NCBI GenBank assembly: GCA_031367385.1
Contig: JANLPS010000214.1
Span: 1-16,048 of the forward strand
Direction of reading: 5' to 3'
Source: Archangium sp.
GTDB lineage: Bacteria; Myxococcota; Myxococcia; Myxococcales; Myxococcaceae
DNA: 16,048 nt
In this document: positions 15,728-16,048 of the stretch, one piece after another
Numbering within the stretch: position 1 is the stretch's first letter
Layout of the letters: each line of letters starts with the position of its first letter
Position numbers and translations under genes: made by a program
Notes under the pieces: model-generated
Databases searched by the model: none
Seen by the model: the letters and a program-made list of their open reading frames with translations, nothing else
Told to the model about the DNA's origin: nothing

Positions 15728-16048
15728 GGGTGCACGACCAGATTGAGGAAGGTGCCTGAATACAAGGGGATCGACAAAACCGTTGACGGCATGATCTACG
15801 CGAAAAATGTCGCGACGCCGCCAGCCGAGAAAGCCCCTGAGCGCACCTGCCCCGAACGATGGCACGCCGTTGGGCCATCTGACCGAGGGCGAGCTCTTCA
15901 GAGAAATCGCCAGGAGACGCGCCGCGAAGGGCTCGTTCGACCTTGATGCGATTGAGGTTTCATCCGAGGAGTCGCAACGCGACTTGGGCCAAGAAACGCT
16001 CGACGCGGCGGTCGCGGCCTTGCCGCCCGAAGACGACGCGCCGAAGGC
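15728..16048 (+). mobile_element. Left end of a putative ISKra4-like insertion sequence; runs off the window
   Basis: Candidate terminal inverted repeat GGGTGCACGACCAGA at 15728, then an AT-richer spacer, then a transposase-like N-terminus. The right end is not visible. Confidence 0.5.
15807..16048 (+). CDS. N-terminal fragment of a probable ISKra4-family transposase; 3'-truncated by the window edge
   Basis: Manual translation: MSRRRQPRKPLSAPAPNDGTPLGHLTEGELFREIARRRAAKGSFDLDAIEVSSEESQRDLGQETLDAAVAALPPEDDAPK..., open to the end. It resembles recalled myxobacterial ISKra4 N-termini that precede a CPxCG zinc ribbon. Confidence 0.55.
   Translation, partial: MSRRRQPRKPLSAPAPNDGTPLGHLTEGELFREIARRRAAKGSFDLDAIEVSSEESQRDLGQETLDAAVAALPPEDDAPK

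Noticed and set aside
14749..16048. CRISPR-Cas locus or casposon suggested by a Cas4-like nuclease next to a mobile element
   Set aside because: No repeat-spacer array, cas1/cas2 or family B polymerase is visible, so the adjacency is best explained by IS insertion.

Overview
GC-rich window that looks myxobacterial (Myxococcota-like, inferred from the stkABC-like cluster and the DAG-linker and Cys-rich lipoproteins). Bases 1-~2200 lie 3' of a minus-strand tRNA-Val(CAC) and look like the edge of an integrated, probably degraded prophage or island. This part holds a Mu gp44/P-like baseplate-hub gene with no downstream baseplate genes, an opposite-strand membrane lipoprotein, an apparently truncated HEPN/MtlR-like ORF, a small 81-aa ORF with its own terminator, and tandem 10-bp repeats resembling integrase arm sites. 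The rest is core-like: Hsp70-SCP2-small protein (stkABC-like), fused spmAB, pyrF, a DsbA-like lipoprotein, a Cys-rich surface lipoprotein, a YdcF/DUF218 lipoprotein, lpxC with a near-consensus sigma-54 promoter, a solitary ruvB sharing a 31-bp divergent spacer with a beta-rich lipoprotein, and a four-Cys PD-(D/E)XK nuclease. At the right edge is the probable 5' end of an ISKra4-like insertion sequence that the ORF track missed. No complete novel system can be shown from this window alone. The best leads are the tRNA-adjacent island cargo and the sigma-54 promoter on lpxC. All family assignments come from recalled motifs, not database searches.
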